A DNA stretch of 64,000 nt, taken from the NCBI GenBank assembly GCA_046563655.1, contig CM102289.1, positions 7,130,001-7,194,000 on the forward strand, in the 5' to 3' direction. The position numbers and the translations under genes are program-made. The notes beneath the pieces are model-generated. The model had not been told where the DNA came from, searched no databases, and worked only from the letters and a program-made list of their open reading frames with translations. The stretch comes from Yuukianura sp. NJ FZ-2021. Taxonomy: Eukaryota. This document shows positions 35,073 to 47,538 of the stretch, piece after piece (within the stretch, counting starts at the first letter, position 1; each line of letters begins with the position of its first letter).

Positions 35073-36768
35073 ATGGAAATAATTAGTAAGTCGTCGCCTG
35101 GTATTCGAAATCATATTTTGTAATGACAATTTGTCTGATTAATCATTATCGTCTTCCTTAATTTTGTTCTAATATGTTTAACAGTACGTTCTGTCATCAG
35201 ACGAAGAAGATGAAATTATACCTCAACAGATTGAAACCGAGGTTCAAACGCAAAATTCAAAACCGGTATCGTCTGATTCGACTTCTGAAACAAGTCGAAA
35301 GCAGCAAGAAGAAGACACAGTAATCGATGAAAGTATGATAGCAGTAGTAGAGAAAAGCACGGATGTCAAAGAGGATGATATCGAATACATTGGAACAGTG
35401 GTGACTCCATTTCCTTCGAATTCCGACTCTTTTCGACAGATCCAGATAAAATCGGAACCGATCTACGACAGCGAGTCTGAGTCTGTTACAACCGCTAATA
35501 TTTCAGACTCAGAAAGCATCGATTCGTCAGAGATTAGGTGAGAAAGCTGAAAGTATTCAAAAGTCACAACACCTCTGGAATTTACGGACTTTGATTCCAT
35601 GTTCCAATATATTTTCAGTGATCATGACGATGAGAAAACGAAAGCAAAGAAGCGACAGCCACCGAAAGCCAAGGGCGAGCTGTGGCTTCAAGACCTACCT
35701 CCAATTGAAGATCTACATATCTCTGTACCGCACGAAGAATGCGAGGCAATTGGGTTTATCAAAAGCATAGTCGATACACTAGGTAAGATTTAAGATATCG
35801 GAACTGTTATTTCTCTGAAATGTGATTATATCGATGAATGTTTTGTTAGCTGTCGTTGAAGCTTACCCATTAACTCCAGCGTTGGACATCGATTCGGTCT
35901 TGTTTCTTTCGGAAGGAGATGAGGCATTGGGTCACATCTTTGACGTTTTTGGCCCAGTCAACCACCCACATTACTGCGTACGGTTTAATTCCAGGGAACA
36001 CATTGACACGAGAGGAATCAAAGTGGGTGCCTTGGTGTACTGTGCTCCAAAAACGCCACATACCGGTAACTGGACATACATTTCTCAAGTTTTCTGGTAT
36101 CACTTTATGTTTGTTTAACCGTATTTTTAGCTTATGTTCTGGTGGCTCAACTACGAAAGTTGAAAGGTACTGATGCATCATGGAAAGATGACCACGAAAC
36201 ACCACTGGACGAGCTTGAGTTCTCCGATGACGAGGCTGAAAAAGCTGCTCGGCAGGGCCAATCAGAACCCGGAGTAACTGGAACCGAGCCCAGAAAATTC
36301 GCCAAACGGGGCAGGTCTCGACAGCGTGGCCGCGGACGTGGAAATTTCCATACCAACAATGGACATCATCCGTATCCAGAGCAACATGCTGGCCCATATA
36401 CTCCTTCCCACGTACCCGGATTTGCTCCACCTCGGTACTACACTCCCCGCTTACGAGGTGGATATCATTCTGGAAGTAATTGGTATCAACCTAATTACGG
36501 TCCACCGCCGCCGCCACCTCCTCCGATGTACCCAGCATCTTACAGTTATCAACATCCGAATCCTTACTATCCTGTTCAAAATCAAGGCTTCAACGATTAT
36601 CGGGCTTGTCCGCCACCACCACCACCACCACCTCCTCCTCCTCCTCCTGCACAAATGCATCATCCACAGCTGAATCTTATACATCCAGCAACTTCCGGAT
36701 CCACCGCACCAGTTTCACAAGAAAAGCATCAGCCGAAAGCTTATACTAACGGTAACGATGTACTTTAG
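35073..36768 (+). CDS. NAF1: H/ACA ribonucleoprotein assembly factor NAF1; multi-exon
   Basis: KAKGELWLQDLPPIEDLHI, PALDIDSVLF, LGHIFDVFGPVNHPHYCVRF, LRKLKGTDASWKDDHETP..LEFSDDEAEK, then a Pro/Tyr-rich tail. The first exon assignment is less certain. Confidence 0.9.
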
Positions 36769-37186
36769 TTGCAAAATTCCGTTGATACCTTTTCCTAAGT
36801 TGACAAGCCCATCAATCACCTTTTTACATATCTTGTCTGTGTATTCACCTCATAGGTTTATATGATTTATATAACATATTGCATTCTTATGTTGAATTTA
36901 CTTGTTTTGAATCAAACTATCCAGAGTAGAATTGAGTAGCATAAACATTTCAAATGAAGTAGATCATGACTTGAAATGTTGGTGAATTCGGTAACCTGGA
37001 TACCGATTGATTCTAGTCTTGAATAATTTACAGTTTTAAGAAAACAGGTTGACAATTGACACGCCAGGAGAGCGTCTTACTTTCTCCAAGACGTTTCCAT
37101 TCGAAACAGTTTTCATCATACTTTCTTCTATAAGTTCTAAAATTGTTGTATTTCTTGTAAAAACGTAATTTTAGTTTGCCTAAACA

Positions 37187-38083
37187 ATGAAGTACGCACT
37201 GGGTATTAAATTTTTGATTTCATTTGTCGTGGGTGGAATCGCCGTTTTGTACAGACTTCAAGTACGGTCAAAGCAAACCAGGTCAGAGGTCACAACACTC
37301 ATCAAAGTCCCTAAACTGTTCCTCTTCAACTTTCTCACAAACGCATCCAATGTCCCTACCGTAAGTTTTTTGAATTGACGTAACTTCAAAATTTTGAATG
37401 GTAAAAACTTTCACTAAACTTGAGCCAATTTTTTTCCAGTACTTCTCTTGGATAACCAAATTTGAAGAAATTGACAAACGGAAGAACCTTACAATGGAGA
37501 AATCTTATCGCGGTGTTCTCAACTTACCGTTTCTTGGGCAACATGAAGTTCGCTACTACGTCAGTGACTTGGATCATGGGAGATGGGTTGTCCTCAAGCC
37601 AGATCGTATCAGAGGTTCATACTTCAACACTGAAATTATGCTTATGGTTAACTCAGTCAGTGCATCAGAAAGCCAATTTTACATGAAGATCGTCTATCAT
37701 TGCTACTCGGCTCTGTTTCAGGTTAGTTGGGATCAGTACATTCGCAATTTATGGCTGAAATTTGTTATGACCTTGACGTTCGATTCTAGATGACGTTGGG
37801 ACCAGTTTTGCAGAGTATGACGGATACGCAGTTGGAGAAGGTCATGAATCGTGTACAACTGATTGTAACTAGAAAATGGAAACGTTGGCAAAATTTACCG
37901 TCGAAGAAACCGAAACCAGCTTCTGGTCGCGTCAACGCAACCAAATCGGAATCTCGCGTTGTCGTCAAGGACGAATCGGATGAAACCGCACCCTACTGGA
38001 CTCCGGATGAACTTCAAGCGAAACAAAAGAAACAAGCAAATCCAGTTCCACCCAGAGGTATTCCAGGGGTGGATGAGTTGTAA
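37187..38083 (+). CDS. Uncharacterised protein, possibly START/SRPBCC-like lipid-binding fold; 3 exons (37187-37360, 37440-37721, 37790-38083)
   Basis: N-terminal hydrophobic anchor. LFNFLTNASNVPT|YFSWITKFEE resembles the SRPBCC entry motif, and the in-frame GT-AG junctions are compatible. Confidence 0.55.
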
Positions 38084-38658
38084 AACTTCGTCGTTCGATT
38101 CAAATTCGCATATTTTCAACATTTCTTGAAATATTTACTGAAAACTTAAAATTTACTGAAGCACAACGGTATACTAGCTGCATTGTTGAAGTGCTTTGCA
38201 ATTGTTAAACGCTGTGTTACGTTGTGGTTCGGAATTTCTCAAAAGTACTTTTAACGTTTTTCAAATTAAACTACACCCTAAACTTCTTGATTTACATAAA
38301 CCCAGTCAATTTAATTTTTTGCCCACCGAAGTAGGACGTTTTTCAGCAGAATTTATAGAACCTGAAATAAAAAAAAAAGTAATAATAAATGAAATTTTTG
38401 TGGAATGGACATTTCAGGAATTTTTTTTCAAATATTTACAGAACGTACTTGACGATACTTAGAATACAAATTTTCAAATGAAATAGTGTGCAGTGTGCTA
38501 CCTCACTCAAGTTGATAACCAAGTATTTTGTACACAAATTTTGACAAACATTTTGAAACTGACTTTTCCAATTTCGTTAAAATATGAAATTTGATATAGT
38601 GTTTGGTTTAATTCCAACATTTTTTGAAACCATTTCATTTCAACTCTAGCAGTTCAAA

Positions 38659-40266
38659 ATGGCGTTGACCAAACTTGAGTCGTTCTATTTGAGCACAGCA
38701 GTTTTCTTTGGTTGGATTTCTGGACAATTTCCTGTCCAGAATCCATTTCGACGTCCATTTCGATTCAAATTTAAAAGTGTATCTACACTCTACGCAATTC
38801 TGGCTTTTATTTACAACACTGCAGTTGGATGTTTGTTTATCATCAGAAACCCTAAAACGTATCGCGTACGCCCTCTGTCAACATTTCTGAGGCATGTTGG
38901 ATCCGAGTCCTTGTACTACGTATTCGACTTTACACTACGCGTCCTATCTTTTCGCTACTGCAAAGATGTCGTGGACATTTTGAATTATATTTGTACGACT
39001 CATGCGCCTAGGTCGCGTCAAACAAGTTTGACACTCTGCTTTCTCCTTGCTATAAATTACTTTTTGATCCTTATTGCATCAGCTCTTGTATACTACTTTG
39101 GTGCATCTTTCCAGACGCACTCCTTTGGCATTCCATGGATAGACAATCTCTACTTCTGCATTCTTTTCAGCACAGATACCTACGGATTCTTTTCCAACTT
39201 CTACGTTATGTTTTTCATCCTGTTTGCTGGAATCCATCTCAACAACAACCTTGAACAACTTACTGATGACTTTTTGGCGGTAATTGAAACAACTCGAGAT
39301 TCGAATTTTGGCGGTTCGGATCACTCCGAACCAAAACTTTGGATGGAATGCGACCCTACACTGCGCCACATCAATTTCATGCCTCAGAATAAACGGAAGC
39401 TTAGAGAATGTGTAGAAGCGTTTTCGAAATTGAAATCGATGTATGCGAAATATGGCAGAGCTGCAGGGGGCTATGCTGGGATGGCACTGTTTGTCCGCGC
39501 ATTCTATGTGGTCACAACGCTCTATGACTTTCCGGGAATACATGACTCCGGCTTGATCATCTACCACGTTTGGTTCATGATACAGTACTTGGGACACATT
39601 TTCATCCTAACAAACTTGGGCAGCTGTATGGAGTGCAATGTAAAGTCCATTAAAAATATTAAACGTCTTGAAATTATTTGTTATACACTTTAATATACTT
39701 GATATGGCATGGTTTTCCTAAGTGCTGACTATTTAGTGGTTATATAAAGTTCACGCCAAGTTTTTAACAAATATTTGTTGTAGCATAACTTGACTAATCT
39801 TAGTGATGTTGCTGTATTTTGAAAGGAAAAATTTTGTGACTTGAATTTTCAGGTTCAGAAACTGCATACCAGTTTGAGACGAGCAATTTACCGAGCAAAA
39901 CTTGAAGATGCTTTGGATAACCTTCCAGAGGTAAAGAATAACTTCAAAAATTTTGATTTTACATGTGAAATTTGAATGGGCTTCTAAATGAATTGTATAG
40001 GCAGACACTTTGCTAGAAACTGTATGTTCGTGGCGGTGGAAACTTTCAGCCAATGGGTTATTTCCAATTAACTGTGGGGTACTGCCCTCTGTAAGATTAT
40101 GAAAATTAATAAAATATTAAGAAAGCTAAATTTACGAAATTTTGAACTAAAATTTATGGCCTATCTAACTACTTAAATAGTTGATTTTTTTTCAATTTTG
40201 CAGGTGTTTGGCAGTATGTTAACGTACGTGATTGTGATGCTGCAGCTCAGACAATCAGAAAATTGA
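38659..40266 (+). CDS. Gustatory receptor (7tm_7 family); 4 exons
   Basis: A long hydrophobic first exon is followed by three phase-0 introns near the 3' end. The C-terminus KLSANGLFPINCGVLPS|VFGSMLTYVIVMLQLRQSEN* has the GR TYxxxxxQ signature. Confidence 0.88.
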
Positions 40267-40748
40267 ATTTCTAAGAAACAAGAGTCTTCAAAATGCATTG
40301 TATTTCAAATGTTAAAATTTCGACTAATTAATTAAATAACATTATGGTTTGACCTTTAAGTTAAGGCCACTTATATAAGTAACATAACAGGAAACTCTTG
40401 CAATGTTATTTGCATATTTAATGTTTCACCGCCGGACTATTGCATAACATGAACAAAGCACTGTTGCAAAACCGCATATGAATAGCGTGACAAAACTTTT
40501 CATTTTCCCTTTCTCTCTATAACGGAACTTTCTAAAATACTGGTTTAACGGTTCATCTTGTTAAAAAACTTGTCAAAATCCAACTTTCTAACTCCTCATG
40601 TTGATGTGGAGAACGTGACGATGGACAATGCAATAAATTATTACACAATTCAGTTGGCAAACGACTCACAACCAATTGGCACGTCCCCATCTTGTCTCCA
40701 AAGTGTTGTGTCCAGTGTTTTGAAAAAATTAAAAGTGCAACTCTTAAA

Positions 40749-42893
40749 ATGAATTCTTTTGAAAAAGTTTTAAGATTTTTAATTATTTATATTTTTTCAA
40801 TTCCGATCCTGATTTTTATAACGCCGGCTAGATGGGTATTCGATTTTTTGACGGTTTACCATCCAGATTTCTTTCGAAGTCTAAACAGTCCGGAAAATCA
40901 TCGAAAGAAAGTCGAAAATGTTCAACGACAGGTACTATGTTCTTACAGTATGTGAAAAATTGTAGACAAAAATGGCGGGAAAATAACAGAGTTTCTGAAA
41001 TTTAAACTGTTTGTTAGGTTAAAGAGTGGAAGATGGCTGGAAAGAAGTCGCACATGTGCACTGCACGTCCCGCTTGGCAAACACTGTCTATCCGAAGGCT
41101 AAATAAAAGCAGATTTACACAAATCGAAATCGATTTGGAGGACATTATAGAAATCGACGAAAAAAATCAGGTCTTGTATAAAAAATTTTTTGCTGGTCTT
41201 TTGAAATTTTATGTCAGTGATAAACTGTTTTTGAAATTCATGTTTTCCCGCCAAATTTTTCTTAGATTATAAGCGTGGAACCAGGTTTGAAAATGGGAAC
41301 GCTAACTCACAGGCTGCTTGCACTTGGGTGGACGATTCCAGTCATTCCTGAATTTGAATCCCTTACAGTCGGTAAGTTTTTACCGCTTTTTTTTTTAATT
41401 TTTTTAAATTTCTATTCATGAAAAGTATTTTGAAATTTATGCCTTGTATAGGTGGATGCGTAAATGGCACTGGAATTGAAACGTCGTCGCACAAGTATGG
41501 CCTCTTTGCTGACGCTTGTCTTGAATTCGAACTCGTACTGTCCGATGGAAGCGTCGTCACTTGTTCTAAAGTAATTTCATTAAAAAATTATGATAAATTG
41601 TGTTGGTAATTTTGAAGTATGACTTCTATATTTTCATAATTTTATTTTGGTCAGGAAACCAATTCTGACTTGTTTCATTCCATTTCCTGGTCACATGGGA
41701 CGATTGGTTTTCTCACAGCAGTGAAGATCAAACTACTTCGAGCATCCAAGTAAAGGCAATTAAAAATTTCAAATTAAGGAGAAATTGAAAGTAGTTAACT
41801 CCAAATTTTTTGTTACCTTTAAAGATATGTGAAAGTGTCTTATTATCCAACAAATTGCATCGTCAAGGCGCAAAAACTTTTGCAAGAATCTGCGCATGAC
41901 TTCGTGGAGGGCATAATGTTTGGCTTGAACCAAATTGTGGTTATGCACGGAGAGCTGACTGATGAGCCAGATCATGACAAGGTGAAAATCCCAATGCCAA
42001 AAAATTCAATTTTTTTCATTTTCCAAATCGTTTACTCCTTTAAATTGACTTTTTTAGGTGAACCATATCAATCGTTGGTACAAACCGTGGTTCTACAAGC
42101 ACGTTGAGGCCAAACTTCAAGGTCAAAGGTCAAGTGTAGAGTACATTCCTGTCCGTGACTACTATCACAGGCATCAACGGAGTTACTTCTGGGAAGTGCC
42201 AATATGTTGTCCAATGGGCAATTGGGCTCCACTTCGTTTTATCATTGGATGGACATATCCGGTGAATTTTCAGTTGATGAAGCTCCTTTCCCCCGAATAT
42301 ATCTGGGATTTGGCTTATGATAAACGACACGTTCTGCAAGACTTCCTGATTCCTATGTCCAAGTTGAAAGACGCTGTGGAACTGTCGCATAAGGAAGTTG
42401 AGGTATGCGCATACGCAAAAGTCACCATAAACTTATAATCAAAATCTTTTCATACTTTTTATTAAATTTCAGGTTTATCCAATATGGCTCTGTCCGTGCA
42501 AATTTTTCAAAAACCCAGGCATGGCTCATCTCCCGCCAAATTCAGATGAAATGTACATCGACGTTGGAATCTATGGCATGACACCGAAAACCAAAAATTT
42601 CGATCCTAGAGAAAAAATCCGAAAATTAGAAGCCTTTGTTACTGAAAGCAAAGGGTGAGCTGATTTCAAATCAACATTATACAAGAAAATGCAAGAATTA
42701 GGATTCTGAAATTCTGTTGTTATGTTACAGATTTCAGTTTCTGTATGCTGACACGTACCTGACGCGAGATGAGTTTCGAAATATGTTTGATATGGAACAT
42801 TATGACAGAATCCGAAAATTGTACAACTGCCAAGATGCTTTTCCAGAAGTTTTTGATAAGGTTTCCAGACAGGCACGTCAAAAAAGCAGTTAG
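40749..42893 (+). CDS. DHCR24: Delta(24)-sterol reductase-like FAD oxidoreductase; multi-exon
   Basis: [130 protein letters not shown]. Confidence 0.92.
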
Positions 42894-45800
42894 GACTTCC
42901 GAAAAACGTCTTTGTTTTTGAAATTTTTGTTTTTCAATGCCGCCATTTTGAAAGTGAAGTAGGATATTTCTTGTGGAAATTTTTGTTTCTACATTACAAA
43001 TATTATTTACAAATTTACTTGCTCTGACAAATGTATGTTTATAAGAGACTGCCTCTAGTTTGCAAATAAGGGCAATTAAAATTTACAAAACAAAAAAGTT
43101 CATGGTCTTTTACAAACTTGTTGTTTTGGATTTGAGTTTTAAACGTGACTGCAAAAAGCATTTTTAATGATGTGGTGTATACCGAACTGGGTTAATTATG
43201 GATAATAAGCAGGTTTGAAATGTTTATGTTTTTTTTATAAACTTTAAGATTCAACTTACTCAGGTTTTGCCTTGACTGATTTCGATTTCTTTAAATTTAT
43301 TTTATTTGAAAACATTGATAGTTTATACTTATACTTACTCGAAATGATCTTAAAATGAGATCAACTTTCTAACTACTGTTGGACCTTGCGTTTCCTCACT
43401 AAAAAATATAAGCCTTGAAGCACACTTCGTGAAGATTTGACGCGTCGTGCATTGACAAATGAGGAAAGTGATACCTATTATTGCCATGTCACTCCTGACG
43501 ACGCCTTGATTGACGACCTGCTGCGTTTTCAAAAGGACGCTGCGCTCACTGAGAGTGAAATTACTGCAAATTAGATGCAAGTTCTTGTTATACAAAACTG
43601 AAGCCAAAATGGAAAGAATTTCTACTGCGTCGACGTGGGGTGTCGCTCTGTCCGCTCTCGCGTAAAACTCTAAATATTTCTATACAAAACTCATGAAAAC
43701 AAATTTTGCCATTCTTTGCAATTCATGCAATGACCTCAGTTTTAGGAAGATTGTCAAATTGAAAAAGTAACTAGCTTTACATTCTAAAGTTTTTCTTGCA
43801 GTTTTTGTTCTTTTAGTGTTCGCTACTTTCTTAACGCCGTTTTCGAATTTTCTTTTCGAACTGCACAAGATGAGCAGTGGTTCCGATAGATGATTTGAAC
43901 CTTGGAGGCTCAGCTCAGCGCAATTTTGTTAAACCGATGTTGTTAAAACGAGAAGTTTTTTTTGAAAACAATACACACGTTCCGTCTTACGTGAGTGATG
44001 ACACGCGTTGCGTTGTAGTTGGTGTCCCTATGCTGAAGAATTTTTGAATCCCTTGAACTGTAAATTGCATTTGAAATTTCCCTCCAAAACATATGATTAT
44101 CTCTGCAGTAACATCATCTGCAGAAAAAAAGAAAACTTACTTTTTTTTCCTTTGAAGAATAATGGGACGACACAAAAGTCGTCTCAAACTACAAAAATTC
44201 TCAAAAGTCTTGCATCTCTGCAACTTCTCCTCATTAATTTAGCCCTTTCCCTTTAACATTTAACAATCAAGTCTTTTCAGAAAGTATGCCATTGTCTCAA
44301 ATTGTTCAAAAAAAGTCTAGTTTTAGAGGATAATGGTGATTGTTTCAAGAGGAAGAAGAGGACATAGGGTTGATGGTAACACGCTCATCTCAATGTCAAA
44401 TCACAAAGAAGATGACCTAGTAACAATACTTACTCTTCACTTCTTTCCGTCTCTTCTTTTTGCTTGTAACTTGAAGACTTGGACGTAATCTGCCTAATAA
44501 TCCAAGATCATCTTAACCTTCATCTCTTGTTAAAAAAAAACTCAGGTTTTCACTAATTAACAAAAAGCTAAAAGTTTATAAATACAGTCAAGGTCCAATT
44601 CTGACCTGCATGATAGCCATACCATAACATGTTGCAGAGTTTCAACAAGTTTCACTTTCACTTTCCATTTTCATGTGGCATTTTCACCACTTATTAAAGC
44701 GTTAATAAAGATTTCTCACTTTTTTGTTTGTTTTCGCACATGCAAAAAAGTTTTGAAAGTTTGTGCAAAAAATTTGAACTATGCTGATGATCTTTGAAGA
44801 ATGAGGAAAAGGGAATGTTGGCAAAAGAGTGAGCGGCAGACGTAAACATCACAGTTAGTAAGAAAATTTACTGTTATTATTTTAGCATAACAAGTTTTCA
44901 GTTTCTACCGCATGATTTAAAAGCAAAAACTGTTTGGAAATTCTGGTTGCGTTTGTGCAGAAGGCACAGAGAAATGTATGATCATTACTTTATTAGTTTT
45001 GGTTATAACGTCACACTGCTTTGCTTTTTGTAAGCGGAAGAAACAGAAAGTCAAAGTAAGGCCTTAAGGAACAAAATTTTCACGGTGCACTTCTTTTTAT
45101 TGTCCAAAAAATACCAGCAAGAGACATTTAGTCTAAGGAAAGGAGACGGAAAAAAGTACGCGTTTTTTCAAAAATTCAAAATACTCTTTTGCAATCCACG
45201 AACAAAGAAAATGAAGCAACAAATGTCGTAATTTTCCTAAATCCCTCCGCATGCTTGTCACAAAGTCGTTACTTTTCATTTTTTAATGCTTTTGACTTTA
45301 GGCGAAATTTTTGAAAAAAAAAATACCATTTCAAAAAAATATGTTAGTTAATGGAAATTAGAATTTCTATACGCAATGGTGCAAAATAAGGTAATTGAGT
45401 TCAGACTGACATGAATGAGTACAAGGTAATCCGTTTTGAAGTGGTTTATCCTTAATTTCTGTTGATATTTGGCGATTTGTGAATAACAACAAAAGGTTGC
45501 AAAGTCACTTTTATAACAAATGTTTGTAAGTACTACTTGGTTTGTACTATGATGTACGTGCACCACTTAAGTATTCCATCACTGTCCTAAAAAAATAATT
45601 TTTTGTACAATTCGTTTTGGTTTTCAAAAAACGTACGTCCTGAACATGCGAAATACAATGCTAAAAAATTGTATACTGAATTACAAGTTTCATTCCTCGT
45701 GTAACGTAAACCGTTTGTTTTCAACTGCACAAACTACACAGTGGTTATGTTGACAGGTTAATCGTTACTTTTTGTCACCCGGATTGGTGTCAGTCAACCA

Positions 45801-46699
45801 ACTTCAGAGGCTGCGTAGTATAATGTCTCTTATGAAAATTAATGCTCATGCGCAGGATTCTATTAAGCTCAATTTCCTCTTTGCGTGCTAAGAACGCTAA
45901 CTGATTATCAATGTCTTAACTTGATGCGTTTCTAACGGAGGTTTTCGAATTGAATACTTAAAAGATTATGATAGAGGAAGTGCGTTCTGCTAGAAGATTT
46001 TTATGTGAAGGTGAGTCGCATTAAAATTTAGGAAATAGACAATTTTTTACTTTACGCTTCAAATTTAGGACTCGCTTGTACCTCTTAAATTAATGATGAT
46101 TTAGGTTAAGACGATGGCTCTGATTAAGTTAAAGCAGTTTAAGTTAAAACTTAAGCTAACAATTAAAGTTAAGTTAAATTGAATTAAGTTTTAAGACAAA
46201 GGCGGATGTAGAACAATAAATGTGCACTGAAGAGGTGTAAATTACATGGGTAGAATTACTGTAATTCCGCAGAAAGAGCGATAATTGATGACCGCGAAGA
46301 CAGAAACCGTTTTGAATTAAAATGTAAACATAATTGGTATGAAATTCACACCCAAATTATACAAAAAAAAATAATAAAATAAATTTTCTACCATAAACCA
46401 TATCTACATTTAATCCAAAATTTAATAAAATATTATTCTATATTATATTATGCATACCGTGTTGGGTTGAATAACACTACATGTAAAAAATCTTCACAAT
46501 GCTCACCTTAAATTGAAAATTAATTTTCACATTCCACCTAACGTTTGGCCACGTTATGAAAACAATAACAAATTATTGTTTTCATTGAAGCCAATTTCCT
46601 GCATCTGAAAGCAACTCAAATTTCTCCCACTCAAATTAAATCTAACGTGTATTACATATTTGCCGCTACGGCCATAAATCCTAATCAAAAGCTAATAAC

Positions 46700-47538
46700 C
46701 AGGCCTGTCAAAAATATGTGCTAAAAACCACCAACATATTTATTTAAATATGTATCAAAAACCGTGAAATATGGACTAACATATTTACTAAAAGTTCAAT
46801 ATGTATGACTTTTAAAAAGGAATCGCAAAATTCCTGATGCTTTTAAGCCTGTGAAACTATAAATACATTTATGTGTTTGTCGGATAAAGCATGTAGGGTA
46901 CGGCAGGAGAACAATGTACGACGTAACCGCGAATTGTATTCCTTGAACCTCTGCGCTATGTGCGTCAATATAGACTCAGACATACTTGCCACCGACAAAA
47001 TGGACACGGCAAGTTAAAATGCGGATACTGTTTTTTTTTTCGGATTCGGGTTTTCCTTCGGCTGACACGAACTCACATTCATTGGTCTATGAAAAGTATA
47101 AGGGGCTACTTAATTACAAAAATTAAAACGCTTTTAATTAAAACAAACATAACAGGATTAGTTGTGGAAAAACATTTCTCATTGCATCCGCTCAGTGTAT
47201 CGATTGTGTGGTTACAAATACCGTGGCGTACGGCACGCGCTGTAATCGAACGGGCGAAATTCTGGTCTACTTTGACCGGTTTCCTTTCTAGAAAACGCCA
47301 TTTTTACCGATCAAACGGATCGCCGCCCAGACATAGGTTAGGTTAGAGGAAAAAGTCCGAAAAGTCTTGAAAAAGTCCGAAAACTGTCATTTTTCAGTTG
47401 TTTTTCACAAAAAAAGTGACGAAAAAGCGAAAATATGTACGTAAATATTTACCAAAAACGTAAATATTTTTTTCCGTCGAAAGCGCCTGAATATTTAAAA
47501 AATATGTTATATGTAAGTACATATGTTTGACAGGCCTG
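46700..47538. mobile_element. Non-autonomous DNA transposon (MITE), 839 bp, hAT- or P-like
   Basis: Terminal inverted repeats CAGGCCTGTCAAA(A/C)ATATGT(G/A)CT. A perfect 8-bp target-site duplication CTAATAAC lies at 46692-46699 and 47539-47546. There is no transposase ORF. Confidence 0.9.

Noticed and set aside
36500..36650. CCA/CCG/CCT trinucleotide runs
   Set aside because: They encode the normal poly-proline tail of NAF1.
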